The translations under genes were made by a program, and so were the position numbers. A model generated the notes under the pieces. That model was not told where the DNA came from and did not search any database. It was given only the letters and a program-made list of their open reading frames with translations. DNA of 64,000 nt from positions 69,752,001-69,816,000 of the forward strand of contig NW_024704742.1 in assembly GCF_018977255.1 (NCBI RefSeq), written 5' to 3'. Below, in pieces: positions 1 through 11,300 of the stretch (the stretch's first letter is position 1; every line of letters begins with the position of its first letter). Source of the stretch: Callorhinchus milii (taxonomy: Eukaryota).

Positions 1-45
1 CTCAGCTCTACCACTCCTTCCTCTTGTCTTTTTGATCATGTGTGA

Positions 46-61
46 CAGCGCCACCTAGCGT
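46..61 (-). promoter_or_regulatory. Candidate CTCF site
   Basis: Reverse complement ACGCTAGGTGGCGCTG resembles the CTCF core consensus. Confidence 0.45.
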
Positions 62-2629
62 CGATCGGTGAGACCCTTGGGCTTGACAAACAACAACAAC
101 AAATTATATTTGTACAGCGCCTTTCATGTCGGGAGGACTATGTGATTCAAGTCCCAACTTGGACAAACAGCCTTCTAACTGAGAGGCGAGAGTGCTACTG
201 ACTAAGCCAGGTGTTGATCAAAGACACTGTCAAAGAGCTAAGTTTTGTAACACAGAAAGAAATGCTACAAAGTATGGGGATTTGGGGATGGAGTTGAAGA
301 GAGCAAGGGCACACTGAGTGAAAGCGTGGACACTTGGTGGGATTGAGGGGCCAGGAGCCGACAGTCAGCCCCAGGTGAGCGCCTTGTGAGACAGATAAGG
401 CGTCTTCACCCAGAACATTTTAACAACAACTTGTATTTATATAGAGCCCCTCATACTCCCGGTCGCCTGACAGTGGCGGAGGATGACACTGAGCCGGGGT
501 GAGGGGGAGAGGTGACTGTAAACACGGTCAAAGAGGAATTCAAGCACGACCTGAAGATAGGGAAGGAGAGGGAAAGGTGGAGAGATTGAGGGGCGTAGTG
601 GCTGAAAGCCGACCCACCGATGTTGGAACGAAGGGCATGAGGGACAAGCAGGAAGCCAGAGCCAGTCAAGAGGAGGCATCGGGTAGTGGATTTTAAGATG
701 AAATCCTGGAGTCTATAATTTTGAAGGAGGTACCCGTTACTCACTAAACATTTTAGATCTCTGGGGAAAACGGTAGCAGATTGCGGGAAAAATGGAACCA
801 GATCCATAACTGAAAACTGAGTGCAGACTGTAACAGGTACAGGCAGCTTTAAGTGAAAACAGTGTTTTTTCAAACACCATACCGTCTCTGGTAAATGAAA
901 GCTGTTTATCATGGCAGACACCATCCCAGCTCAGCAAAGCCCCGTTTGTCTCCCGCGCACACGGCAAGCTGACAGCTCTATTAAATTGGAAGAATCCGTC
1001 TGATGTATCAAGGGGAGGGAAAGGAGTCACAAAAAAAAACGTGCACCTGGAAGAGAGGAATCTCGTGAAAGTACTTATTCCTGCCCCTCTTCTGATTGAA
1101 GGTAGTTTCGGCCACAAAATACACAGTCGATTCACTTTAGAGTACATTCTGTGAAGTGCTTTGGGACATTTGAACGACATAAGGTAATCTCAGAACAATG
1201 CTTTCAGTTGCACAAAGACAGTAGAAAAAGAGGACACAGGTTTGGAGCTGCGAAGAGCAATTGCAGGAAAGATATCAGTAAGTTTTCCTGTATCTGCAGG
1301 GTAATTAATGACGAACAGGTTGCCAGGAAGGGTGGGTGAGGCCAGGATGTTGGGACACATCTAGGGGAATAAGAATTTCCAAGGCGAATGAAAATCAAAA
1401 TCTATCCAGTTCACCTTCCACGATCCAGGACATGTCGTGTCCCAAACTATATATCGTTTCCTGAGATATTATTTTTCAACAGAAATAATAATTCTAACAG
1501 AGGGAAGGGAAAGCCAACCCTTCAAGTCTCTTCATAACTGAAGGCTGTCAACATTGAAGCATAAAAATTGACAGTGAGAAGACCGTTTGACCCACTTGAC
1601 CCATGATACTGAATGCTGACTCACTGAACAGCAGTCGTTTCAGTGCTATTGCTGCAGTCCTTCCGCCTTGTCCCCTCCCCTGCCACCTTCAAGACCCTCG
1701 TCTTCGACCTTGCCTTTGATCTCCCTGCTTCCCCCTGTGCCCTCCAACCTCACCCGACCCCCAGCTCGAGTACAATACTCTGTCTGTTCCGCGCAGCGCC
1801 TTGGGACGTCCTCCTGACATGAAAGGCGCTTTACAAATGTAATTTTGCTGTTATATTCACCTGCCCTTTCAATAGAGGGGCTTGAAGGGCTTATGAGGAT
1901 AGAGTGGAGGGGTGTAGTGCGGGAGTGGGGTTGCAGGGGGTGAGGGTGAATTGATCTGCTTGCTCTGTGAGTCTCTGAGGACCTGTTGGGCCAAAAGGCC
2001 TCCTTCTACTTTGTAGATTTCTATGTTTCCATGTTTCCCCTTACCGCATAAAATTTCTGGTAGATTTATATTGCACCTATTCTACTGCGATTACATCTGT
2101 CCTATAATGGGATGCCTAAAAATGTGCGCATTGCTCTAATTGTGGCCAAGCTAAGTTCTTGCACAAGTTGTGCCTGCTTTAATATTACTTCAAAAGTATT
2201 TCTTCATTTTGCTTTTAACTGCAGTGCAGGAGTCATAAATCTTGATTATTACAGCCTCATGCAGCAAATTACCAGAAGCCTTGAAATTCCAACCCGGCTT
2301 ACCCTGGAACGTTATTCCGTCTTAAACATTTGAGATTGTGCAGAACTGTGAAAAATTCTTCAAATTCATTTGCAGGTTTTTTTAATATAGGAGCTGTAGA
2401 ATGGTGGCTTTGAAATGAAAGTTGAATTTGAGACTGCCCCACAATTCAGCGCCACCGTAAATTTTTAATGACAAAAATGATCCTAGGGGCGAAAATCGTG
2501 TGGAATTTTGGTATTTTCATCAACACACATAGAATGCTTGTTGGACATATACCAATATATTCATCAAACAGCCTTTAGGTTCAGGCAGCAATTTTGGCCG
2601 CTCTCCAAAAGTCCAAAAGCTAATCTCTC

Positions 2630-2962
2630 TGTGAGTCCTATAGCATAGTGGTTAGACCACTCGGCTCGCAGGCGGGAGGACCAATACCCGGGCAGGGCAA
2701 AACCTAAGGCAAGTTTCCTTAAGCCATACACCTCTGTTTACCTAGCAGTAACTAGGAACCCGGTTGTTAGTTGATTGGCAGATCACTTTCCGGGGGTCAC
2801 TCAACCTATGACTGTTCGTGGGAAACTGCTGTGTGCAATTGGCTGTCGCATTTCACCCATAAGAATACAGTCAATTCACTTTAGAATATATTCTGTGAAG
2901 CGCATTGAGATATCTCAATGATGTGATAAGGCATTATATCCAACGCAAGGCTTATTATTATT
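2630..2962 (+). mobile_element. Older subfamily of the tRNA-SINE; similar copies at ~3915-4247(+), 6520-6880(+), 7772-8140(+), 10250-10595(-), 13270-13626(-), 15232-15590(+), 35585-35928(-), 46296-46665(-), 48590-48955(-), 49745-50088(-), 51280-51556(-), 61285-61640(-)
   Basis: Shared head, internal GTTTACCTAGCAGTAAGTAGGAACCCGG segment, Deu-like core and TTGAGACGTCTCAA-type tail. Confidence 0.85.
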
Positions 2963-4269
2963 ATCTCCCCAGTTCCACCATCCACAAGGTCAAACTAATC
3001 CAAAACTCCGCTGCCCATGTCCTCATCTGCACCAAACCCTGCACAATCCCTAGCTCTGAAAGGATCAATTTCAAGATGATTGCCCTTTCTTCATGACCTA
3101 GCATCTCTCTATCTCCTGGCCTGCTTGTAATCCCATTCCTCTGCGTCCCCTATACAATTAGCTAACACAGGCCTGCTGCTGTGTTTCTTCACTATCGGTA
3201 GCCATGCCTTCAATCACTGCACTCCCTACATCTGCCTCAAACCCTTTAAATCCCACCTGAAGATCGACATCTTCGACCACACCTATAGTCACCTCCCCTC
3301 CTCTTGCTCGGTATCCAACCCCGTCACTGTCCAACGGTTTGAAACACGAACTTGCATGGAAGGTGCTCTATAAAGGTAAGGTGTGCGTGGATCTGAAGCA
3401 CAGACTTGCATTTTTCTCCTCACACTGGTCCAGTTTGGCCGACTGTATCATTCGCCTAGAAATTACACACTTTACAGCAAATCCTGTAAAGTGCTCAGAG
3501 GCATCAATCTGATGTCAAAGCGCTGTATTAAATGTAAGGATCATTTTTGTACTCTTTCAGGTTATTACTTCCAAGTTTAAAAACATCTGTAAAAGAACAC
3601 TAGACAAAAAAATATTTCAAAGCCTCTGGACCCCTCTGTATGTGGTAGTGCTCTGCCACAGGAAAGACCTGTTTGATTTATGTGTCTGTTATTGGTTGCG
3701 GTTGCTAGTGGCCTCTATGGTGGTCCTTCGCAGGTCTGGAATAGTCTTCGGTTTTTTTTAGGGTTATTTTCTTTGACGTGCTTAGTTTCGTTTTTTTGTT
3801 TTTTCTGATTTTTCGTTTTTTACCCTGACATTTCTTGTTTTTATGAATTTTGCTCGGTCATGACCAATTGAACCCTTGAGGGCTTATAATGGATTTGTTT
3901 TTGTTTTTTGTCAAACCTTAGGTAAGTTTCCTTACGTTTTATGGGATATGGGGCAAAGGCAGGTATTTGCAATTGAGTTACAGATCAGCCATGATCTAAT
4001 AGAATGACAGAACAGGCTCAAGGGTTTGAATGGCTTACTCCTGATTCTATATTCCTACTCCACACACCGTTGTTTACCTAGCAGTAAGTAGGAACCCGGT
4101 TGTTAGTCGTTGGCAGATCACTTTACGGGGGTAACAAATCCCTCCAAATTGATCACTTAATCCACGACTATGTGTGGGACACTGCTGTGTGCAATTGCCT
4201 GCCGTGCTTCACCCACATAATACACAGTCAATCCACTTTACAATATACAGTGGAAGCCGCTTTAGCTGG

Positions 4270-4598
4270 ATAATAATAATAATAATAATCCTTGCATTTG
4301 ATATAGCGCTTTTCACGTCGGGAGGACGTCCCAAAGCGCTTCACAGAACACACTGTAAAGTGAATTGACTGTATATTTGTGGGCGAACGCGGCAGCCAAT
4401 TGCGCACAGCAATGTCCCACAAACAGTCATGGATTGAAAATGACCAATTTATTATTGTTTTTGGTTTTGGAGGGATTATTATTAGGCTCTGTGTGGAGTA
4501 AGGAAACTTGCCCAAGGTTTCGCCCTCTGCCTGGAATTGAACTCACGTCTCTCGCTTGCAAAGCGAGTGCTCTAACCACTGAGCTACAGGACTCCACA
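4270..4598 (-). mobile_element. Young tRNA(Ala)-like-headed SINE with Deu-like core and L2-type tail
   Basis: A-box TAGCTCAGTGG, B-box GAGTTCAATTCC, TTGCAA anticodon-like loop, core GCTGTGCGCAATTGGCTGCCGCGTT, (TAT)n tail; near-identical to copies at 5984, 24174 and 40802. Confidence 0.9.
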
Positions 4599-4820
4599 AA
4601 TGGATGCTGGTTAACTTCAGGTGCCGGATAATCGGACAAAACACCCAGTTCCGATTGTTTGTATTCTTACCAATCGGGACCAATTCTTACCAATTGTATT
4701 CTTACCAATTGCTTTAAATATGCTGGTTAATTCGAGACAAAATGCTCGCTGGTTGCTGTTGCTTCTACTCACTCGCCACAAGTGGCTCGAGGATGCAGTT
4801 GGGAGGAGCCAAATTGCAAT

Positions 4821-4941
4821 TGATTGACAGCGGATTCCAGCCATTGACAATCGACTCTGGGCTGTCAATCAGTGGGGGGGCGGACCAATGGGAAGAAACC
4901 AAGGAGGGAATGGGAGGAGTCAAATCATGATTGATTGACAG
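4821..4941. promoter_or_regulatory. Cluster of three perfect TGATTGACAG (PBX-PREP/MEIS decamer) motifs with nearby CCAAT and GC boxes
   Basis: TGATTGACAG at 4821-4830 and 4932-4941, its reverse complement at 4862-4871; GGGGCGGACCAAT at ~4877-4889; function unproven. Confidence 0.45.
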
Positions 4942-5195
4942 CTGGAGCCGCTTGTGAATGGGTAGATAACCCATCCAATCACAAAAGCTGTCGATCACCT
5001 CGGAGCCGCCGCTAATTAGTCCCCTTCCCATCCAATGGGTAACGGCAATGGGAGGGAGGCGGTGCCACTGCTCTTCTACTGGGCGGAAGGAGGCAATGGT
5101 ATTTTGGTTAATTTTGGCAATGGTTAACCTCGGAAGCCGCTTTAGTCGAACAAAGCAACCGGCCCCAATGTGTCCGGCTTAACCGGCTTCCACTG

Positions 5196-5223
5196 TATAC
5201 ACACACACACACATATATATATA
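5196..5223. repeat. (CA)n(TA)n microsatellite; others: (TA)n 7735-7764, (CA)n 30129-30147, poly-G 42548-42565
   Basis: Direct reading. Confidence 0.9.
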
Positions 5224-5248
5224 GCACTAATTTCAAGCTTCAACTCAC

Positions 5249-5310
5249 CTGAAAAACGTGACAAAGAATTGCACCAGATCCATTAAGTTATTGTGCTGAG
5301 AAAAGGCGAT
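5249..5310 (-). CDS. ATRN: ATRN exon ~25, start of the transmembrane segment: [21 protein letters not shown]
   Basis: ttttgcag acceptor, AG|GTGAGT donor, 62 nt, phase 0 to 2; follows a 19.2 kb intron. Confidence 0.93.
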
Positions 5311-8300
5311 CTGCAAAACAACAACAACAACAAATTACATTTATATAGCGTCCTTCACGCTGCATGTAACACCTTGGGATGCAAGGTTTGTCTCCTATAC
5401 ATAACCGCACGTGGAGACTCAAGTAAAAGTTGGCCAGTTGATCTTGGGCTGAAGTCAAGGTCTCATGTTAGTGTGAAGGGTGGGGGGGAGGGGATTTCCT
5501 GGAGGATGTTATGTGGGAGGCACTTTTCTGGTGTTGAGTGCCATTTACGCTTTCCCTTTCGAGCATTGTTCAATCCTACTGCATAAGGATGTTGTTTCAA
5601 TACAGCGCTTGAGGAAGCACTGCATTATCAGAGGTGCCGCCCTTCCAACAAGACAATAATTTAAAGGAAATGTTTTATATCTTAAAAATACAGTACAGTA
5701 GTAATTGATTATTCTATTATTGCTGATAGTAGACTATGTACTTCTGAATTTTTATCACCATTTTTACACAGCATTTAAGTAATGTATTCACTGTTGAATG
5801 TAAAGAGGTGCTTCTTCCTAATTTATAATTTTGCAAAAAAAGAATAATTTTAAATACAATTTCAAGGTGTGAGCTGATTCTCTTCATCTATAACATTTCT
5901 CCACAGGAAATGGAATGAACACTTTGTGGGAAATAACTTCTCTTTCATTTAAAAGAAAATTATTTCTATACTTAGGAATACATTGGAGTCCTGTAGCTCA
6001 GTGGTTAGAGCACTCGCTTTGCAAGTGAGAGACCTGAGTTCAGTTCCAGGCAGAGGGCGAAACCTTGGGCAAGTTTCCTTACTCCACACAGAGCCTAATA
6101 ATAATCCCTCCAAAAAACAAAACAATAATAAATTGGTCATTTTCAATCTATGACTGTTTGTGGGACATTGCTGTGCGCAATTGGCTGCCGCGTTTGCCCA
6201 CAAATATATAGTCAATTCACTTTACAGTGTGTTCTGTGAAGCGCTTTGGGACGTCCTCCCGACGTGAAAAGCGCTATATCAAATGCAAGGATTATTATTA
6301 TTAATAAACTAAGGTTTCTTCAGCCAGTTCAGGTACATGTTAAAGATCCAGCAATGCTATTTAAAAAGCGAAGAGAGTTTCACTCGGTGTCCTGCCTGAC
6401 AATGCCCCCAAAAAGTGATCATTCACTTTTTGTGGGATACTGTTGCACACAAATTAGCTGCTGTGTTCACCTAAAATACCATGTTTCACAGTAAAATCCT
6501 GTGAAGCTCTTCGAGACCCACAGTGCAGTGGTTAGAGCACTTGCCTCGCAAGCAAGAGGACCCAGGCTCAATTCCTAAGCAGGGAGAAACCTTAGGTAAG
6601 TTTTCTTACTCCACAGGCTTCTGTTTAACTAGCATTAAGTAGGACCCCGGTTGATTAGTCAATTGGCAGATTGCTTTCTGGGGATAATAATCCTTCAAAA
6701 AACAATTTGGTCACTCAATCCACGACTGTTTGCGGGACACTGCTGTGGGCAATTACCCGCCACGTTTCGCCCACAAAATACAGTCAATCCACTTCACAAT
6801 ATATTCTGTGAAGCACTTTGCGATGTCTCAACGATGTGATAAGGCCATATATCAAATATAAGGATTCTTCTTCTTCTTATTGAGTCACCAAAGTTATTGA
6901 ATTACCAAAAGTTTTGAGCGGATATCAAAGGGTTAAGGGGACTGGGGGAGTACAAAGATGGCTTGTGTGCAGAATTCTCCCACTTCCAATTAAAATTCAT
7001 CAGATAAAACAGAACCCAGCAATGCGAGAATTTAATGCTGTGGAAAACGGTTATAATCGTGACATTTAGCTAAATATAATGCTTCGATGGTTTAAAACAA
7101 AGCCATGAATCAAATGACTGAAGGTCTTACCTCCTTGAAACGCACACAAGCCAGTTTTACAGAGGAGTAGATTTAACCGCTTCCCACTGTCGTTCAAAAC
7201 TTAGAGACTTGGTGAAAAATCTCCCCATTACCATTCCTCCAAGGCAACCCAAAGTTTCCAACTGTTATTCAACGATTTACATCAAGTGCAGTAAAGAGAC
7301 CGCAGATATAGAAAAATATGGATATGGTAAAAGATCCCAATGACATTCATTGTAACTTGTATCCCAAACCAGCTCTCTGAGAGTGTTTCAAAAACATTTC
7401 TGAGCCCAATTTCAGAGCAGGACTGATATGTATCTCATCGGCTGGAAATGAGGGATAGCAAATGGCCAGCTGGAAAATATTTTTTTAAAAATTTGTCAGG
7501 CAAACTAACAACAGTGGTAAAAAAGGAAGTGCTGGACAGAGTGGCCAGCAAAAATTGCAACCTTTCCAGGAATTAGGAAAGGCACATCCTTTCTGCAAAC
7601 TTCCCGTTTCCTTTCCCGGAGATTCCGTTCCTCGCAGTGGTAGGTTAACCCTTCTGTTTCAAAGCGTTAACTCTTGCAAAGCGTACCCAACGCTTGCTGG
7701 CAATTTGAAAAGAGGGCACAACTAAGCCCCATTTTATATATGTATGTATATATATATATATATAATTGTGCAGTTCTGTAGCATATTGGTTAGAGCACTC
7801 GCCTCGCAAGCGAGAAGACCTGGGTTCGAATCCCGAGGGGAGGGGAAACCAAATCTCAGCATGTTGCCTGACTCCACTAGCCTAGCAGTAAGTAGGAATG
7901 CACGTGTTAGTCGATTGGCGGATCGCTTTTCCAGAGGTAATAATCCTTTCAAAAAAATTAAATAAAAATATTAGTTGAGCCTGTTTGTGGGACACTGCTG
8001 TGTGCAATTGGCTGCTGTGTTTCGCCCACAAAATATTAAGTCAATTCACTTTACAGTATATTCTGTGAAGTGCTTTGGGATGTGTTGAAGATGTGATAAG
8101 GCTCTATATCAAATGTAAGGATTATTATTATTAATAGTAATAATAATGCTAATATTTGATGCAGCGCCTTGCACTTCGGGAGGACATCTCAAAGCGCTTC
8201 ACAGTAAGGTGTAGTGACTGTGCTCTTCTCCCTCTCCCAGAGAGGGAGAAGAGCACAGACACAGGATTCATAAAACCTTTTCAACATAAAACATTTGAAG

Positions 8301-11300
8301 GATTCGATAAGGTGGATGTTGGTGGGCTGCTTCCACTTGTTGAAAAGAGATGTTTAAGGGGGGACCTAGTTGAAGTGCTTAAAATTGTAAAAGGGTTTGA
8401 TAAGGTTAACATAAATAGGTTGTTTCCACTGGTTGGGGAGTCCGTAACCAGGAGACGCAAGTATAAGATAGTCACTTGTGAATCTAACAGAGAATTTAGG
8501 AGGAGCTACACGCAGAGGCTAGTGAGATTGTGGAACTCACTGCCTGAAGCAGTGGTTGAATCAGAGAGTGTAGATACATTCAAGAGGAAGCTAGGAATGG
8601 AACGAAAGGGTGAAAACTCATGTGGAGTATAAACACCGGCATGGAATTGGTTCGGCTGAGTCGTCTATTTCAATGCTGTACATTCTTTGTAACTTGAGGC
8701 CTTAAATATAAAATAAACGCAAGCAGATTTAATAGGGAGTTAAGGAGGAACTTCTTCACTCAGAGGTGGTGAGAGTGTAGAACTCACTGCCGGGAGCTGT
8801 GGTTGAAATAAAAAGCATCAACGTACTTAAGAAGAATTTGATGCATCCATGAGGAGAGAGGGAATAGTAGGCGTGGATTATTAGCATCGGCACAGACTTC
8901 AGCCCAAATGGCCCATTTCTATGTTGTAATGTCTATGTAACTACCATCTTTTCTTGCACGTTTTACTGAATCTTGTTTGGATGGGGAAAGGAGGTGAATG
9001 AAGAGAAAGAGCAGGGAGGGAGAGAATGCTTGTGTGTCTATTCTCTTAGTGTCCACATTGACGACATTTATAATAATGAGGAAGGATAGTTTTTNACCCG
9101 ATGGTTGTTACCATTTGGAATGCACTGCCTGAAAGGGCGGTGGAAACAGATTTGATAGTAGCTTTCAAAAGGGAATTGGATAGGTGATTGAAAAGGAAAA
9201 ATTTGCCGGACTATGGGGTAAGAATGGGGGAGTGGGACTAGTTGGATAGCTCCTTTAAAGACCTGGCACAGGCACAATGGGCTGAATGGCCTCCTTCTGT
9301 GCTGTACAATTGTATGATTCTAACACAAAAACAGCTTGCACATATATAGCACCCTCCACGCAGGGTAGCATCTCAGAGTGCTTAAGGGTGGCAGAACCCA
9401 ACTGCAATAGCTCCAATTAATGCTGCAGCTAATGTCCACTAATGTACTGAACTTAGTGATAAAGAGGAAAAGAAAACGGCCCCACATTACATGACTTCAT
9501 GAGGTTTCAGCAATAAACGTGGGTAGTCTGGTTTGAATTAAGCTGATGTACGCCTGGGTTTTCACGTCAGCGGGTTAATTTAATCATCTGATCGTGAAAC
9601 TGTTGCAAAGATTGCAACGTGCAGCAGAGAGCAAGAAATAGGAAACCTGTGATTTGCTCCTTTAAAAAAATAATAATCTTTGTATGTTCGAAGCAAGTCT
9701 CAACATGTGCTTCACATTTACTGTAAATTGTAGTGACTATTTACTTTGTAGGAGAACGCAGAAGCCAATTTGCGCACAGCAGCGTCCCATGAAATAGCCA
9801 TGAAGTTAATGACCAATTTTATCTGGGGATTGTTGACCAGGACCCAGGATGGGAAACTCCTTTCACTTTTGAAATAGTGACAAATGTCCATCAGAACAGG
9901 CAAGTGAGACCTCGGTTAACGCCTCATCTGATGCACTCTACCTGCACACCCCCACCCGTCTCCCGGCACTGCCCTGAAGTGTCATTTTAGACTATGTGAG
10001 TTCAAATTACCGACGTGGGGATTGAACCCAAAACCTTCTGACTCAGAGGCAAGAGTCCGACTGACTGAGGTAAAACATTTCTCTCTTCGAACAAAATTGT
10101 ATTCTGCCCTCCATGCCTTGCTGACAGACCAGGCTGGCTAGTCTCCAATCAATAGTGCCTTGGAATACTGTGGACCCATCAGGATTATTGAGATGATAAA
10201 AAATATGGACTGGTTGGTAGATCAATAACATAAGAGAATGAACTTATAATAATAATATAACAATAAACGTTGCATTTGATATAGCATGCCATTGAGACGT
10301 CTCAAAGCGCTTCAAGGAAAATATGGCAAAGTGAGTTGACTGTATATCTTGTGGGCGAAACACTGCAGCCAATTGGACACAGCAGTGTCACACAAACAAT
10401 TGTGGATTGAGAGACCAGTTTTTTTTAAAAAGGAATTATTACCCCGGAAAGCGATCCGCCAATCCACTAACAACCAGGTTCCTATTTACTGCTAGATAAA
10501 CAGATTCGTGTGGATTAAGGAAACTTGGTTAAGGTTTTCAATCCAGGTCCTCTTGCTTGCGATGTGAGTGCTCTGACCAATATGTTGCAGGACTTAAAGT
10601 TGATCACAAAGGAAATTAAAAAGAGGGAGCTCTTTGATGAAGCAGATTATTTTTAAAAAGAATTGGCAGATGTTTGCAATAGGAACATGACAGGGTGTGA
10701 AGAGCATGGAGGTAACTCATGTGGAGAGCAACACTAGGGCAGAATTGATCATCCATTTCTGTATTGTATCCATTTCTGTGGTTTTAAAGTGATGGGAGTT
10801 ATTAATCAGAAAGGAAGTAGATTATCGATAAGAAATGGCAGCCAGCAAGAGTTCAAAACGGGTAGGGCTTGTCTGACCAATCTCATTGACTTTTTTGAGC
10901 AGGTGAGAGCACAAATCAACCATGGGAAGTCATATGATGTAAAAAGGCATTTGACAAAGTACTCCTGAAAGACTCCTTCACAAACTGTAGTCGCTGAGTA
11001 TCAACAACAATAATAATAATCCTTGCATATGAAAAAGTGCCTTATCAGGGGCAAGACATTGATATGGATTCAGTTTGAAAGGAAGCAGAAGGTCTTTGTT
11101 AAGGGAGGTGGGTCAAAATAGGGTCTGTACTGGACACCGCCCGTTCCTCATATATGTTAATGACCTGGATTCACAGAACCAGTAGTTACATTTACGGATG
11201 ACACCAATTTGGGGGGAACTGTGGAATCAGATGAGACAGCAAAGACACTACAAAGAGCGCTTGCATGTCCTTTGTAACTGGCAAATTAAGTTTAATACTG

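Larger units (their letters stand above)
4248..5195. mobile_element. Non-autonomous Tc1/mariner-pogo(Tigger)-like DNA transposon (MITE), interrupted by a SINE
   Basis: TA|CAGTGGAAGCCGCTTTAGCTGGA at 4246-4270 and TCCGGCTTAACCGGCTTCCACTG|TA at 5173-5197: terminal inverted repeats match 20/23, CAGT termini, TA flanks; no transposase ORF. Confidence 0.8.

Noticed and set aside
787..829. ORF 451-924 contains FSVMDLVPFF, resembling the TM exon MDLVQFF
   Set aside because: The true exon is at 5249-5310. Here only an 11-mer is shared, the upstream AG gives the wrong phase and I see no matching donor, so it is probably chance.
4228..4631. Recurrent '[21 protein letters not shown]' and 'GKFPYST' ORFs at four loci
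   Set aside because: Incidental translations of the young SINE, not a gene family.
5984..6060. tRNA-Ala-like sequence (also at other SINE heads)
   Set aside because: Lacks a proper acceptor stem and continues into a SINE body; not a tRNA gene.
9095..9095. Single N base at the start of a CR1 fragment
   Set aside because: Assembly ambiguity or possible contig join, not biology.
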